Assembly (NCBI GenBank): GCA_964016885.1
Contig: OZ024760.1
Span: 8,866,001 to 8,930,000, forward strand
Direction of reading: 5' to 3'
Source of the DNA: Eledone cirrhosa
Taxonomy: Eukaryota
DNA length: 64,000 nucleotides
In this document: positions 39,991-52,488 of the stretch, piece after piece
How the letters are laid out: each line of letters opens with the position of its first letter
How positions within the stretch are numbered: position 1 is the stretch's first letter
The notes under the pieces: generated by a model
The model's database searches: none
What the model saw: only the letters and a program-made list of their open reading frames with translations
Told to the model about the DNA's origin: nothing
Program-made: the position numbers and the translations under genes

Positions 39991-41769
39991 TGTAATATAG
40001 TGTAATTTTTCTGGTATTGGTAGTCGTATTGGTGGGGTATGTTGTGATTGGGATTGTGGTATTGGTGTTGTTGTTGTTGGTGGTGGTGGTGTTGGTGTTG
40101 TTGGTGTTGTTGGTGTTGTTGTTTGTATTGTTGGTGTTCTTGTTGGTGTTGTTGTTGGTGTTGGTGTTGGTGGTGTTGTTGGTGTTGGTGTTGGTGGTGT
40201 TGTTGGTGGTGTTGGTGTTGGTGTTGTTGGTGTTGTTGTTTGTATTGTTGGTGTTCTTGTTGGTGTTGTTGTTGGTGTTGGTGGTGTTGTTGGTGTTGGT
40301 GTTGGTGGTGTTGTTGGTGGTGTTGGTGTTGTTGGTGTTGTTGGTGTTGTTGTTTGTATTGTTGGTGTTCCTGTTGGTGTTGTTGTTGGTGTTGGTGTTG
40401 GTGGTGTTGTTGGTGTTGGTGGTGTTGTTGGTGGTGGTGGTGTTGGTGTTGTTGGTGTTGTTGGTGTTGTTGTTTGTATTGTTGGTGTTGTTGTTGGTGT
40501 TGTTGTTGATGTTGTTGGTGTTGTTGGTATTGCTGGTGTTGTTGGTATTGTTTTTGTTGCTGGTGGTGGTGGTGGTGGTGGTGTTGGTGGTGGTGGTGGT
40601 GGAGGTGGTAGTGATGTTAATGGTGGTGGTGGTGGTGGTGGTGGTGATGCTGGTGGTAGTGGTAGTGGTAGCTGTGATACTGATGGTGGTGGTGGTGGTG
40701 GTGGTGGTGGTGGTGGAGTTGGTGGAGGTGGTAGCTGTGATGTTGATGGTCGTGGTGGTGGTGGTGGTGTTGGTGGAAGTCATGTTAATGATGGTGATGG
40801 TGATGGTGGTGATAGTGGTGGTGGTGTTTGTGGAGGTGGTATTGTGCCCGCCCCACTTTGTTTCTTAATAATTCTCTTAATGTATATTTTACAAAAAGAC
40901 ATTTTTCTAACAAGAGATAACCTTTATGTTCATAAAATTAAAAAGCCACGTTGTCATTTTGGCTCTCAGATTATACCGGTGGTTCTCTGTGATCTTGAAA
41001 TGAAGGATTATATAGACATGTATATATGTGTTTGGATGTGTGGATATATGTCTTTATGTATGTATGCATGTATGTATGTGTATGTAAATGTGTAAGTATG
41101 TATGTAATTATGTGTGTATGTATGTACATATGTACGTATGTATGTATGTATGTATGTACGTACGTACGTATGTATGTATGTATGTATGTATGTATGTATG
41201 TATGTATGTATGTGTGTGTGTGTATGTACATATGTACGTATGTATGTATGTATGTGTATGTACATATGTACATATGTACGTATGTATGTATGTATGTATG
41301 TATGTATGTATGTATGTATGTATGTATGTATGTATGTATGCAACCTGCAGCAACCTTTTTCGTTGCCGTGGTCTTAATGAAATGCAATCTATTACAATCA
41401 ATTAAGGGAGAATTTTGAAGGATTTACATAAAAATATACTCACTTTTTCATCAATAAGATATTGTGAAGTAAGTTATTATATGGCCCTTACATAAAACTA
41501 TGTTGGAAGGTTTTCCTTGAAATAGGAGCCCCTTAAAATGAGTGGTTATGTCTCAAGAACCAGAGCTGGTTTTTAAAAAGTTTAAATAATTCGATATTTC
41601 CATAACCTTGTATGATGAAGGTGTCATTCTGAATTTGGCCCCCCTATATGGATATTTGCTGAACCCAACTGTAGGTAGTTGTTCGTCATTTTGAAAATGA
41701 TAGCTAAATATCCCTTAAATCACATTCTAGTGTCCTAAAAAGGATGAAAAGAATCAATTGGAAAATATC

Positions 41770-42040
41770 AGGGTGGACCAACAACATATGTACTACTAGA
41801 CATCATAGCTCAACTGTATCCAGGTGGACCTACAAGATATGTAGTCCTAGATACCATAGCTCAACTTTATTAGGGTGGACCTACAACATATGTAGTCCTA
41901 GATATTATGGCTCAACTCTATCCAGGTGGACCTACAAGATATGTAGTCCAAGATACCTTAGATCAACTCTATTAGGGTGGACCTACAATATATGTAGTCC
42001 TAGATATATTAGCTCAACTCTATCAAGGTGGACCTACAAC
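41770..42040. repeat. 51-bp tandem repeat with alternating variants, about 5 units
   Basis: ggtggacctacaagatatgtagtcctagataccatagctcaactttattag; explains the 17-aa-repeat ORF. Confidence 0.88.
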
Positions 42041-42439
42041 TACAAAAAGTATAAAATAACAGAAATAAAGAATAATGGAAAAATATAAAAGAAAATCTCT
42101 TTAAATGTCACACGGGAAGGTTTTTTTCACCTTAATGACATTTTAACAATTGCTTCTGTGTGCTAACATTGGCTTTTGAAATCATACCTGTCATTTCACA
42201 TCTATCATTTCTGCTCCGTCTCCCAACACCACACCACGCTACACCACACCAATTGTCCTAATTCTCTCTCTCCACTCCGTCTCACTTTCTCTCTCTCTCT
42301 CACACAATATTGCATTTATATATATACATATATATATATATGTATACACACACACACATACATATATATACAAATATATGTTTATGCATAGAAAAATTAA
42401 AAAAACAGAAGTCAGGTATGGGCACATAGTTAGTTCATT

Positions 42440-42501
42440 GTTTTACGATCGTTTCAGAGGGTCGATTGATCACTGTTCAATAGGCCGTCCACCTCAGAAA
42501 C
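42440..42501 (-). ncRNA. Degenerate hammerhead ribozyme motif
   Basis: Minus strand: GTTT-CTGAGGT-ggacggcctattga(acagtga)tcaatcgaccctct-GAA-ACGATCGT-A-AAAC. Perfect stem I, palindromic stem III, A9U change. Confidence 0.65.
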
Positions 42502-42614
42502 CAGGTGGATTATGATATATATATATATATAAACTTTAAAAAATTAACAAAGTGAGGACAAGACAACGAACGGAAATAATACAAAACGAAAAGTAATGAC
42601 CGAATTGTGGAATA

Positions 42615-42745
42615 GTCCAGAAATAGCCGCCGAAACAGCTTGAGCTCTGCCGTCGGGGTTAAACATTTTCCTATAATCCTCTCTACTACCCTAAGTATTG
42701 AGTACTCTGGTGCGTTATGGTCCACCTGGTTTCTTACCACACTTA
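42615..42745 (+). mobile_element. Family D element, single arm plus tail
   Basis: gtccagaaatagccgccgaaacagcttgagctctgccgtcgggg...gagtactctggtgcgttatggtcc. Confidence 0.8.
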
Positions 42746-42981
42746 TATATTTATATACATATATATACATATATATATATATATATACATATATATATAC
42801 ACACATATATATATACATATATATATACACACACATATATATATATATATATGATATACACACACATATATATATATATATATGATATACACATACACGC
42901 ACACACATATATACATATATATATACACACATATATATATATATATATATATATCATATACATACACACACACACACACAA

Positions 42982-43025
<44 letters not shown>

Positions 43026-43296
43026 ATACATTATATATAATATGAAGTTGATTGTTGCAAACATACAATTTGTTTCGCTTAATACTAGCTCTTTAGGACA
43101 ATATATTATTACATAATTATGAGCATGAAGAGTTGGTACAAAGAGTGAAATATGTCGAAACCTTGTAACAATCAACCTTAAATGAAAACCTTACTATACC
43201 CCGCCATTCTAACGTTGAATTCTATAATATAGCGTGGCCTTACACTCTCTATGCTTATTCTCTCACTCTCCACCACTTCCCCACACACATATATAT

Positions 43297-43356
<60 letters not shown>

Positions 43357-43459
43357 ATGTGTTTATATATATATATATATACTTACTTACATACATACAT
43401 ACATGCATATATATATATATATATATACTTACTTACATACATACATACATATATACATG

Positions 43460-43526
<67 letters not shown>

Positions 43527-43644
43527 GCTTGCACATTCTTGGCATATATGTTAGTACACAGCTGGAGTGTCTAAATATGTGTCTAAATAAATAAATAAAT
43601 AAATATATACATATATATATATATTCATGTATATATATACACAC

Positions 43645-43690
<46 letters not shown>

Positions 43691-43695
43691 GTGTG

Positions 43696-43741
<46 letters not shown>

Positions 43742-43762
43742 CATACATATATACATATATAC

Positions 43763-43797
<35 letters not shown>

Positions 43798-44028
43798 CAT
43801 ATATGCATGCATACATACGTACAAGAAGATATGTGTACGCGTGTGTAAGGAGAGCAGCGAGGTCGTTTGACCTGTCTATCAAAAGATTGCCCAAGGCAAA
43901 CAAGTAGAAGGAAAAAAACAGCGGAAAAAGAGAAAAATTTGAAACAGAAAAATCAAGATTCCGTAGTTGCAAAGGAATTTGCCGAAATATTTACAGAGAT
44001 ATATGTATGATTTCTAACAATGTCTGTG

Positions 44029-44138
<110 letters not shown>

Positions 44139-44155
44139 CATACATATATATATAC

Positions 44156-44227
<72 letters not shown>

Positions 44228-44488
44228 ATGTATATATATTTATATCTTTATCTATGTATATATGCATATATGTGTATATACAGATACATATATATACATA
44301 CGCACAGACATATATATATATATATATATATGTGTGTATGTATATATATTTATATCTTTATCTATGTAAATATGCATATATGTGTATATACAGATACATA
44401 TATATACATACGCACAGACATATATATATATATATATATATATGTGTGTATGTATATATATTTATATCTTTATCTATGTATATATGCA

Positions 44489-44525
<37 letters not shown>

Positions 44526-44639
44526 TTATATATGTATATATGCATATATGTATATATATATGTATATATCTATATATTTATATATTTATTTATCTATATA
44601 TGCATATATGTATATATATATACATATATATACATACAG

Positions 44640-44706
<67 letters not shown>

Positions 44707-45037
44707 CGCATACTTGTGTGTGTGTCTGTCTGTTTTTAATGAACAAAGAAAGCTTATTCATTAGTGTGTGGATTATAATTATATTTATTTTATCAAAGTT
44801 TTCTGTTTTCCCGATTGGTCTCTCCATGTGTCTAGAGTGAGGGACATCTCTTAAAAGTTATTGTTTCATTGGTTAACTCAGAACACGTGAGTCAGTAATC
44901 AACAACAGCTATTAACTACAGAAAAGGGTCTTATTTTTCGTAGGGGAAAACAATTGTATTTCAAAGTGAAACTTGTCGTTTAGCTTAACTTAACTCTTTC
45001 GTCACCATATTTGGAATGAAATACAGTGTAGATACAG

Positions 45038-45540
45038 CTTCTTCTTCTTGGCTCACTTATTCCTGAGAGGGTCGTGGAGGCAGAGTCCTCAAACACTCCA
45101 CCCAGCGGGTCCTGTCAGAAGCAACCGTCTCCAACTGATCCGGCTGGATTCCCAATTAAGACCAGCCAAGCTCAAGGATATTATCCAACCACCTTACTCT
45201 GGGTCTAACCCTAGGTCTCCTACCTGTTGGTTTTGTCCGTAAAATCTGTCCATCGATTCTTCCCTGACACATTCTAACCACATGTCCATAGTATCGGAGC
45301 TGTGTTCTCTCAATTCGGAGAAGTAGCAGCTCTACCTGGAGTGACTCTTTCCTGAGACTTTCTAACCACATGCCCATAGTATCAGAGCTGTGATCTCTCA
45401 ATTCGGAGAAGTAGCAGCTCTACCTGGAGTGACTCTCTGATCTCCAAGCTACAAATCTGTCCAGCGATTTTTTCCTGAGACATTCTAACCCCATGTCCAT
45501 AGTATCGGGGTCCATGTGATCTCTCAGTTCGGAGATGCAG
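45038..45540 (-). mobile_element. RTE-like LINE 3' fragment with internal duplications and (GAA)n tail
   Basis: LLLRIERTQLRYYGHVVRMCQGRIDGQILRTKPTGRRPRVRPRVRWLDNI. Confidence 0.85.
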
Positions 45541-45849
45541 CATGGCCGAATTATTAACAGGTTCGCTTCAGAATCATTAGCCCATGGGTTCGAACTCAAT
45601 GCGTCGTATCTTGGGTATGGCTCCTTTATCATAGCTTCTTATTGACCCATGCCTTGTGAGGAGAAACTGAGTAGACGGAAATATTTGAATCGCCATAAAA
45701 ATGACGTATGACTGCATGTGTCTGGGGAATGCTCAGTCACTTGCAGTTTCAGTTAGTTTCAGGCGGTTTGATATTAAAAGGGTTCGATTTTAGTGAGTTT
45801 CATTTTTTTATTTCCTTTGGTCGCATGTTTCACATCTCTTCCTTAATGG

Positions 45850-46030
45850 AATCAGTTGTATTTAAAGAGGAGACAGAGAACGTGTCACACACATGGCGTC
45901 CTGATGAGGGATCTACCTCCTTCGAATGGGAAGAGGGTAATTCCATCGGGGCGCTTGCCGTTCCCGCGGTCAAGGCCTGCTGGCTCCAGTTGTGATGGGA
46001 AGCCAGCTATGTCCAGGCTCTATGATGTAT
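45850..46030 (-). mobile_element. CRE-like non-LTR retrotransposon RLE endonuclease fragment
   Basis: Minus frame [39 protein letters not shown], then after frameshifts DA.C.DTFS. Matches the EP.GL.R.DGKRPDG.TL.P...GR.L.WD.TC.DT pattern of CRE-type RLE domains. Confidence 0.8.
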
Positions 46031-46892
46031 ATAAAGTACATCATTACACAAATAATGGTGCATAAGAAACTAAAAGGCTTTGGTCGAGATCTTTGGCGCT
46101 ATGCAGTAATACAGAAGACCTGCCTTCCGTTGTGTACGAACTAACAGAAGTCAGCATTTCGTCTAAATGTTTCGTTTGTCGTGTAAAATTAGTTGCTATC
46201 TCTTTCAAAACGGAAAGGACCTCCGATGGTTTTGGCGATGAGCTTTCCAGTTGTTCGTTTAACTGAGCATATACTGATTCGAGTAACCTTAATGGAATTC
46301 GCAGGGAGATTCAGCATGAACCACTATGGGGCAAGTGTTTCCCCTCTAGCCGAATAGTTTTTTTTTCTTCACAGTTTCACTCACAAAGATGGGTCGACCA
46401 TAACATTCTATACGTTGTAGCGGATGAAACTGGGGGGGGGGGCTAGAGGTGAAGAGAGAGTGAGAGAGAGACAATTGTGTTGTGAGACTCACTGAGTTGT
46501 GTTATTCATGGATTTTTCTTCTTCTTGTTGACATTAAGAGAGGGGTGGTGTTAGTAGGGATATACAGTAGAGGTGGTAGGAGGTGGAGACTGACATTGAG
46601 AGAGGGGTGGTGTTAGTAGGGATATAGAGGTGGTAGGATGCATTAGAAATAAATAACAATAAAACAAAGCCTCATTTCCCTATATATCTTGGTATGTAGC
46701 CTCGGGAGACAGCTTATAATGTATTATAATATATTATAATGTATTATAATATATTATAATGTATTATAATGTATTATAATAGTAAAATGTCTTTTTACTG
46801 AAGCAGAGTGGATCAAAACAAATATTGCTAAAGTAACGCTAAACATCCACACGCAAACACGCAAGCAGACACACACAGAGACTCGTACACAC

Positions 46893-46956
<64 letters not shown>

Positions 46957-46993
46957 ACATAGAAACACATGCATACATGGACACACACAGAGA

Positions 46994-47055
<62 letters not shown>

Positions 47056-47309
47056 GACACACACACACACACGGAGACACACACACAGACACACACACAC
47101 AGACTCGTACACACATACACACACAGACACACATAGAAACACAAGCACACACGGACACACACACAGACACAGACAAACCCTCCGAGCCCCATACAAATGT
47201 TATCAGAAACCAAGAGTACCAAATACCTGTATTATGGCGAAAGTTCTGGTGTAGTAGTAGTAGTAGTAGCAGCAGCAGCAGCAGCAGTAGCAGCAACAGC
47301 AGTAGTAGT

Positions 47310-47341
<32 letters not shown>

Positions 47342-47592
47342 CAGTAGTAGTAGCAGTAGTAGTAGTAGTAGTAGTAAGCCCAATCACCCTCTCCACTCAC
47401 CCTCTCTCTTCTGCGATATCAGAGCTCTTGCCACCACTCCCTTTCCCGTTCTTTTTCTTCTCCATATTTATTTGTTGATCTAAAGTCAGATTCCATCTTA
47501 ACCCCAAAGTCCTCCCATGTCTTAACCTTGGACGTCTTTACAGTCTCCTTTAGGTTCACGTCAGTATCTAACTAAACAGAGTGTAATATATA

Positions 47593-48332
47593 TCTAGCCC
47601 AGGGTCGGGCTAAATCGATACAGATGGAACCTTGAACAGATCAGTGGCGAAACGCGCGTCGGAACAACCACCGTAAAAGACTAGCTGAGGACATCCTCCA
47701 CCGCACACGCAGCCACAATCCAAACGTAACATACGATGTTGTTTTCAATGAGGCGCTCATTTGTCTTGAAAGCAGTGTCCTGGAGATTGGTGGTAGGCCT
47801 CTAAGTCACTACAGCTTACCTGCTCCTGACAGGAGTGTCCAGAGGTCAACGTCTACAGAGCTTCTCCGCGAGACGAGCTACGAAATCAGTGCTTCTCCCA
47901 TGGTCAATTGTATGGAGGATACTCTAGGGTGAACTCGCCAAACAATCTCTTCACCTTTGCTCCGGAGGGCCGAACAAAAGATATTGTATACTCTGAGGCT
48001 CTAACAATGTAATTTAAATATTTTCTGTTACTTGGAATTTCCATTATGGTTGTACAAATTATTGTTTGTTAAAAAAATGTGTTCTCTGTTCAGCCTTTAT
48101 TGCTGTAACTATCAACTATCAATTTTCTTTAACGTACTGGCTGCTGAACTGGGGATCCTAAAAACTATTCAAACCCAACATCAGAGCACGTAACCCCCCC
48201 CCCCCCCCTACTCTCACACACACCTCGCTGACTTGAGAGTGCGTGCGGTATCTTTGCACTGGAGTGTAGGGGGGATTCCTGAAAAAGATAAAATGCCGGT
48301 ATACCTAGCCGGGCGCCAGCCGGACGGGCCAG

Positions 48333-48335
<3 letters not shown>
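47593..48335 (+). mobile_element. Internally deleted non-autonomous Helitron
   Basis: RLAEDILHRTRSHNPNVTYDVVFNEALICLESSVLEIGGRPLSHYSLPAPDR...LLRETSY is fused to CFSHGQLYGGYSRVNSPNNLFTFAPEGRTKDIVYSEAL-stop (Pif1 helicase C-terminus). Putative 5' A|TC start; GC hairpin ccgggcgccagccgg near the 3' end; terminal CTAG is degenerate. Confidence 0.85.
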
Positions 48336-48379
<44 letters not shown>

Positions 48380-48659
48380 ATATAATTGGATATATGAGAA
48401 GGGTGAAGACAGATATAAGTATACATGTGTTCCAACTACAAATGACCAAGCTAGCTAGGTTGACTATATATATGTAGAGATATATATTCTATATGTAGGG
48501 ATATATATTCTTAGATAAGAAATAAAATGTTGGAATGATTTTTCCGACCCCACATTAATCTCACAGTGAGGGACCAGTTTCAATCCATAGAGAATCCTCC
48601 ACCCAACCACCCGACCTCCATCCACCCATTCAAGCATCTGTCCATCCCTCTATACATAT

Positions 48660-49120
48660 ATCCATCCATCCATCTACCCAGCTACGCACCCCGCAGCCAT
48701 CTATCTACCCAGCGCCCCACCCATCCACCCATCCATCCATCTACCCAGCCACCCAGCCATCTACCCACCCCTCAGACACCCATCTACCCATCCCTCAGCC
48801 ACCCATCTATCCACCCCTCATCCATCTACCCAGCCACCCATCCATCTACCCACCCCTCAGACACCCATCTACCCATCCCTCAGCCACCCATCTATCCACC
48901 CCTCATCCATCTACCCAGCCACCCATCCATCTACCCACCCCTCAGACACCCATCTACCCATCCCTCAGCTACCCATCTATCCACCCCTCATCCATCTACC
49001 CAGCCACCCATCCATCTACCCACCTTTCAGCCACCCATCTATCCACCCCTCATCCATCTACCCAGCCACCCACCCCTCAGCCACCCAGCCACCCTCCATC
49101 AATCCATCCATCCATCCGTC
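48660..49120. repeat. (CCAT/CCAC)-based composite minisatellite
   Basis: Repeated catccatctacccagccacc / cccctcagacaccc blocks. Confidence 0.9.
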
Positions 49121-49199
49121 CACCGACATTGCTAATATCTACTTATGTTCCACAGTTAAGAAATGGTTACTGATAAGATTCCTGCTATAAAGGAAGGAT

Positions 49200-49330
49200 G
49201 TGTCAAAATGGCGACTTCCGGCCAAGAAAATAATGGCTGCTGACAGTTGTCTTGCGCTGATTGACACCATCACCAATAGTCTCACTTCCGACGTCAGACG
49301 GAAACTAATACTTTTACATGCGCACTCCTC
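49200..49330. promoter_or_regulatory. Promoter-like motif cluster (YY1, ETS, CCAAT, CRE-like, NRF1-like)
   Basis: CAAAATGGCG-ACTTCCGG at 49204-49221, CCAAT, CACTTCCG-ACGTCA and CATGCGCA in a non-repetitive island. Motif match only. Confidence 0.35.
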
Positions 49331-49468
49331 ATCATAACAGTGTCTATGGAGACGTCTATACGCCACCGTAAGAACTTGCCTTAATTAACCACAGGTCGGG
49401 TTTACATCCCTTTTACTCCAAATCTGGAGATATGTATAATTAAATATCCCTTTGTTATTTGAAATTTA

Positions 49469-49507
<39 letters not shown>

Positions 49508-49644
49508 TTACATACATACACACACATACATACATACATACATTACATACATACATACATACATCCATACGTGAGTGTATGTATACTTATACATGCATTC
49601 ATACACACAGAGACATATATGTGTGCGTATCTATGTATTTGGGT

Positions 49645-49706
<62 letters not shown>

Positions 49707-49766
49707 ATATATATATATTGTTTTACTTTAAGAAATCTTGCAAAACAAAGTAAAAAAAACGAAGTA

Positions 49767-49811
<45 letters not shown>

Positions 49812-50012
49812 GCGTGTGCGTGTGTGTGTGTGTGTGTATGTGTGTGTGTGTGTGTGTGTGTGTTTTGAAAGTAAAACAAAAGGCGAAGATATATTCTTAA
49901 TTCACGAAATAATTAAGAGCCCATCTTCGCCATTTGTTTTATTTTCATTCTTCAAAACACACATACACACACACACACACACACACATACGTACATATAT
50001 ACATACATGCAT

Positions 50013-50065
<53 letters not shown>

Positions 50066-50219
50066 AATACTCTGCAAACTACAGCTGCCTTAAACCTGGA
50101 GCAGAACCCAAGGAGAGCCGGGCCCCGTAAAAGCATCGGGTGCTTCTTTGACTACTGTTGACGTTAGTAGCCACAAGTTACTCACATACTAACCTATACA
50201 CAGGCGCGCGCACACACAA

Positions 50220-50253
<34 letters not shown>

Positions 50254-50256
<3 letters not shown>

Positions 50257-50422
50257 GGAAAAAGTATGACCCCGACGGCAGAGCTCAAGAAATAGCCGTC
50301 GAAACGGCTTGAGCTGTGCCGTCGGGGTCATACTTTTTCCTATTTCCCACTCTATTACCCTAAGTATTGAGTACTCTGGTGCGTTATGGTCCATCTGGTT
50401 CCTTACCAGAATTCCTTTGTTA
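50254..50422. mobile_element. Fold-back element family D
   Basis: Same outer ends as 15206-15367, with a different loop (aaatagccgtcgaaacgg). Confidence 0.85.
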
Positions 50423-50819
50423 TGTATATATACATATAAGTTCTCCTAGAGTTGTCTGGAATGTATTCACCTACCACGCGCTGATGAACCTGGGTAAATT
50501 CAATCCAAACGCTGATGTGCTGACGAAACAACCTCTTCTGAGTTTGTACGTGTGTGATATATAGTAATTAAGGTGGGTTGTTTCATTTTAATTTATATTT
50601 TTAATTACAATATATCTGCCTCACCTTTCTTAGTTTATAGGTTCCATACTATGCTGGGGTGTTGTCTGAGCCCGGGGGGTAGGGACATGGTCTTGCCTGT
50701 TGTTGCTGGATTGAAAAGTTAGCTCTGTACATTTGCAAGGTTGGAAACTTTCAAGGGGAACAATTGAAGTAATGTTGAGATGCCTGTCTATCATCTCACA
50801 AACATATTACAATCATCAC

Positions 50820-50941
<122 letters not shown>

Positions 50942-50991
50942 TTAATCATATATATATATATGTGTGTGTGTGAATATATATTTAATCATAG

Positions 50992-51040
<49 letters not shown>

Positions 51041-51089
51041 AATGTATGTTTAATCATATATATATATATGTGTATGTATATATATATAC

Positions 51090-51141
51090 AGAATTAGCCG
51101 TCGAAACGGCTTGAGCTCAGCTGTCGGGGTCTTACTGGTTC
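51090..51141 (+). mobile_element. Family D fragment
   Basis: agaattagccgtcgaaacggcttgagctcagctgtcggggtcttactggttc within microsatellite. Confidence 0.7.
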
Positions 51142-51173
<32 letters not shown>

Positions 51174-51343
51174 ATGTGTATACATGTGTGTATATATATA
51201 CATATATGTATATACATGTGTGTATATATATACATATATGTATATATATATATACATATGTGTGTATATATGTACATATATATGCATATGTGTGTATATA
51301 TATATATATATATATGTGCGTATATATATATATATATATGTGC

Positions 51344-51403
<60 letters not shown>

Positions 51404-51852
51404 ATATATTGGTGTGTGTGCGTGTGTGTGTATTGGTATGTGAGTACATGTCTGTGTGCGTGTGTTTGTGTGTGCATGTCTGTGTAGGCAATTCATAGAT
51501 AGCCGCCGTTTGAAGCGACTAGCTGTATGAAATAAGTGACTTGCTAAGCGTTTGACTCCTACACAAATATGTCAGGACAACTTACGAGAGAATATGATTG
51601 AGAAAACAGCTTTACAGTGGTCGACTCTTGTAGCAATGGTGTTTATTGTAGCACACAACATATCACTGCTTTATCTATGCGTGTGTGTGAGCGTGTGAGT
51701 GTGTGTGTGTGTGTGTGTCAGTATGCATGTATGTATGCATGTATGTATGTATATATGCATGTATGTATGTTATTCTCTTTCTTTTGAATTTCGAGTACAA
51801 TTTTTTGACCGGCCATCTTCCTGGTGGCAAGGCTGTAAAAGAAAAGAAATTG

Positions 51853-52432
51853 TCATCCCTTGAATCGCAAAAATGTTTTGCAAATTTTTAAAGGTGCCAG
51901 AGCTATCGCAGCCATTTGTAGTCTATGAATTAGGCAACTGCATTGTTTGTCAACAAATCGAAGTTCAGTTATAATTTAGTCTAAGCGGGTTGGTATATAA
52001 GCTGTAGCTCCAACAATAATGGGTATGAAGCTGAAGGTGTATCTTGGATACTGGATCTGTAAACTCCTCATCAATGGTTCGTAGATGTCCTCCTTCTCTT
52101 GTATTTTTCTTACAATGTTAACATCAAGTGGGCAGCTGATTTCTACAACAGCACGTTTTCAATGTGTGGTCCCAAACAACAATATTAGGCCGGTTGTGCA
52201 TTCATTTTGTAGCAGATTTTATTTTCAGGTTCCACCAGTATTCCTTAGTGCCATCTGTCTCAATATATTCCTCCTCAGTTGTTTTTAATTTTGTTTTCCT
52301 AAGTGCGTTCCAGATGGTTTTAGCTATCCCATTGTGTCTCATAGAGAGGTAGTAACGAGACAACATTCTCTCGCAGTTGGCAACAATGTGGCTTATATCT
52401 TCGATCTTTGCCAACATTTATTGTCGATTGAT

Positions 52433-52488
<56 letters not shown>

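Noticed and set aside
43040-43180. Possible old fold-back element with degenerate HHR (minus strand ctaaaga-gct...agc-gaaacaaattgt-a)
   Set aside because: The core is mutated and stem I does not pair; too decayed to call.
45898-45930. CTGATGA-GGGA...TCCTTC-GAAT hammerhead-like string
   Set aside because: No stem I or III; it is the antisense of CRE-like endonuclease coding sequence.
50484-50520. cgcgCTGATGAacc...caaacgc hammerhead-like string
   Set aside because: No GAAA and no stem II pairing.
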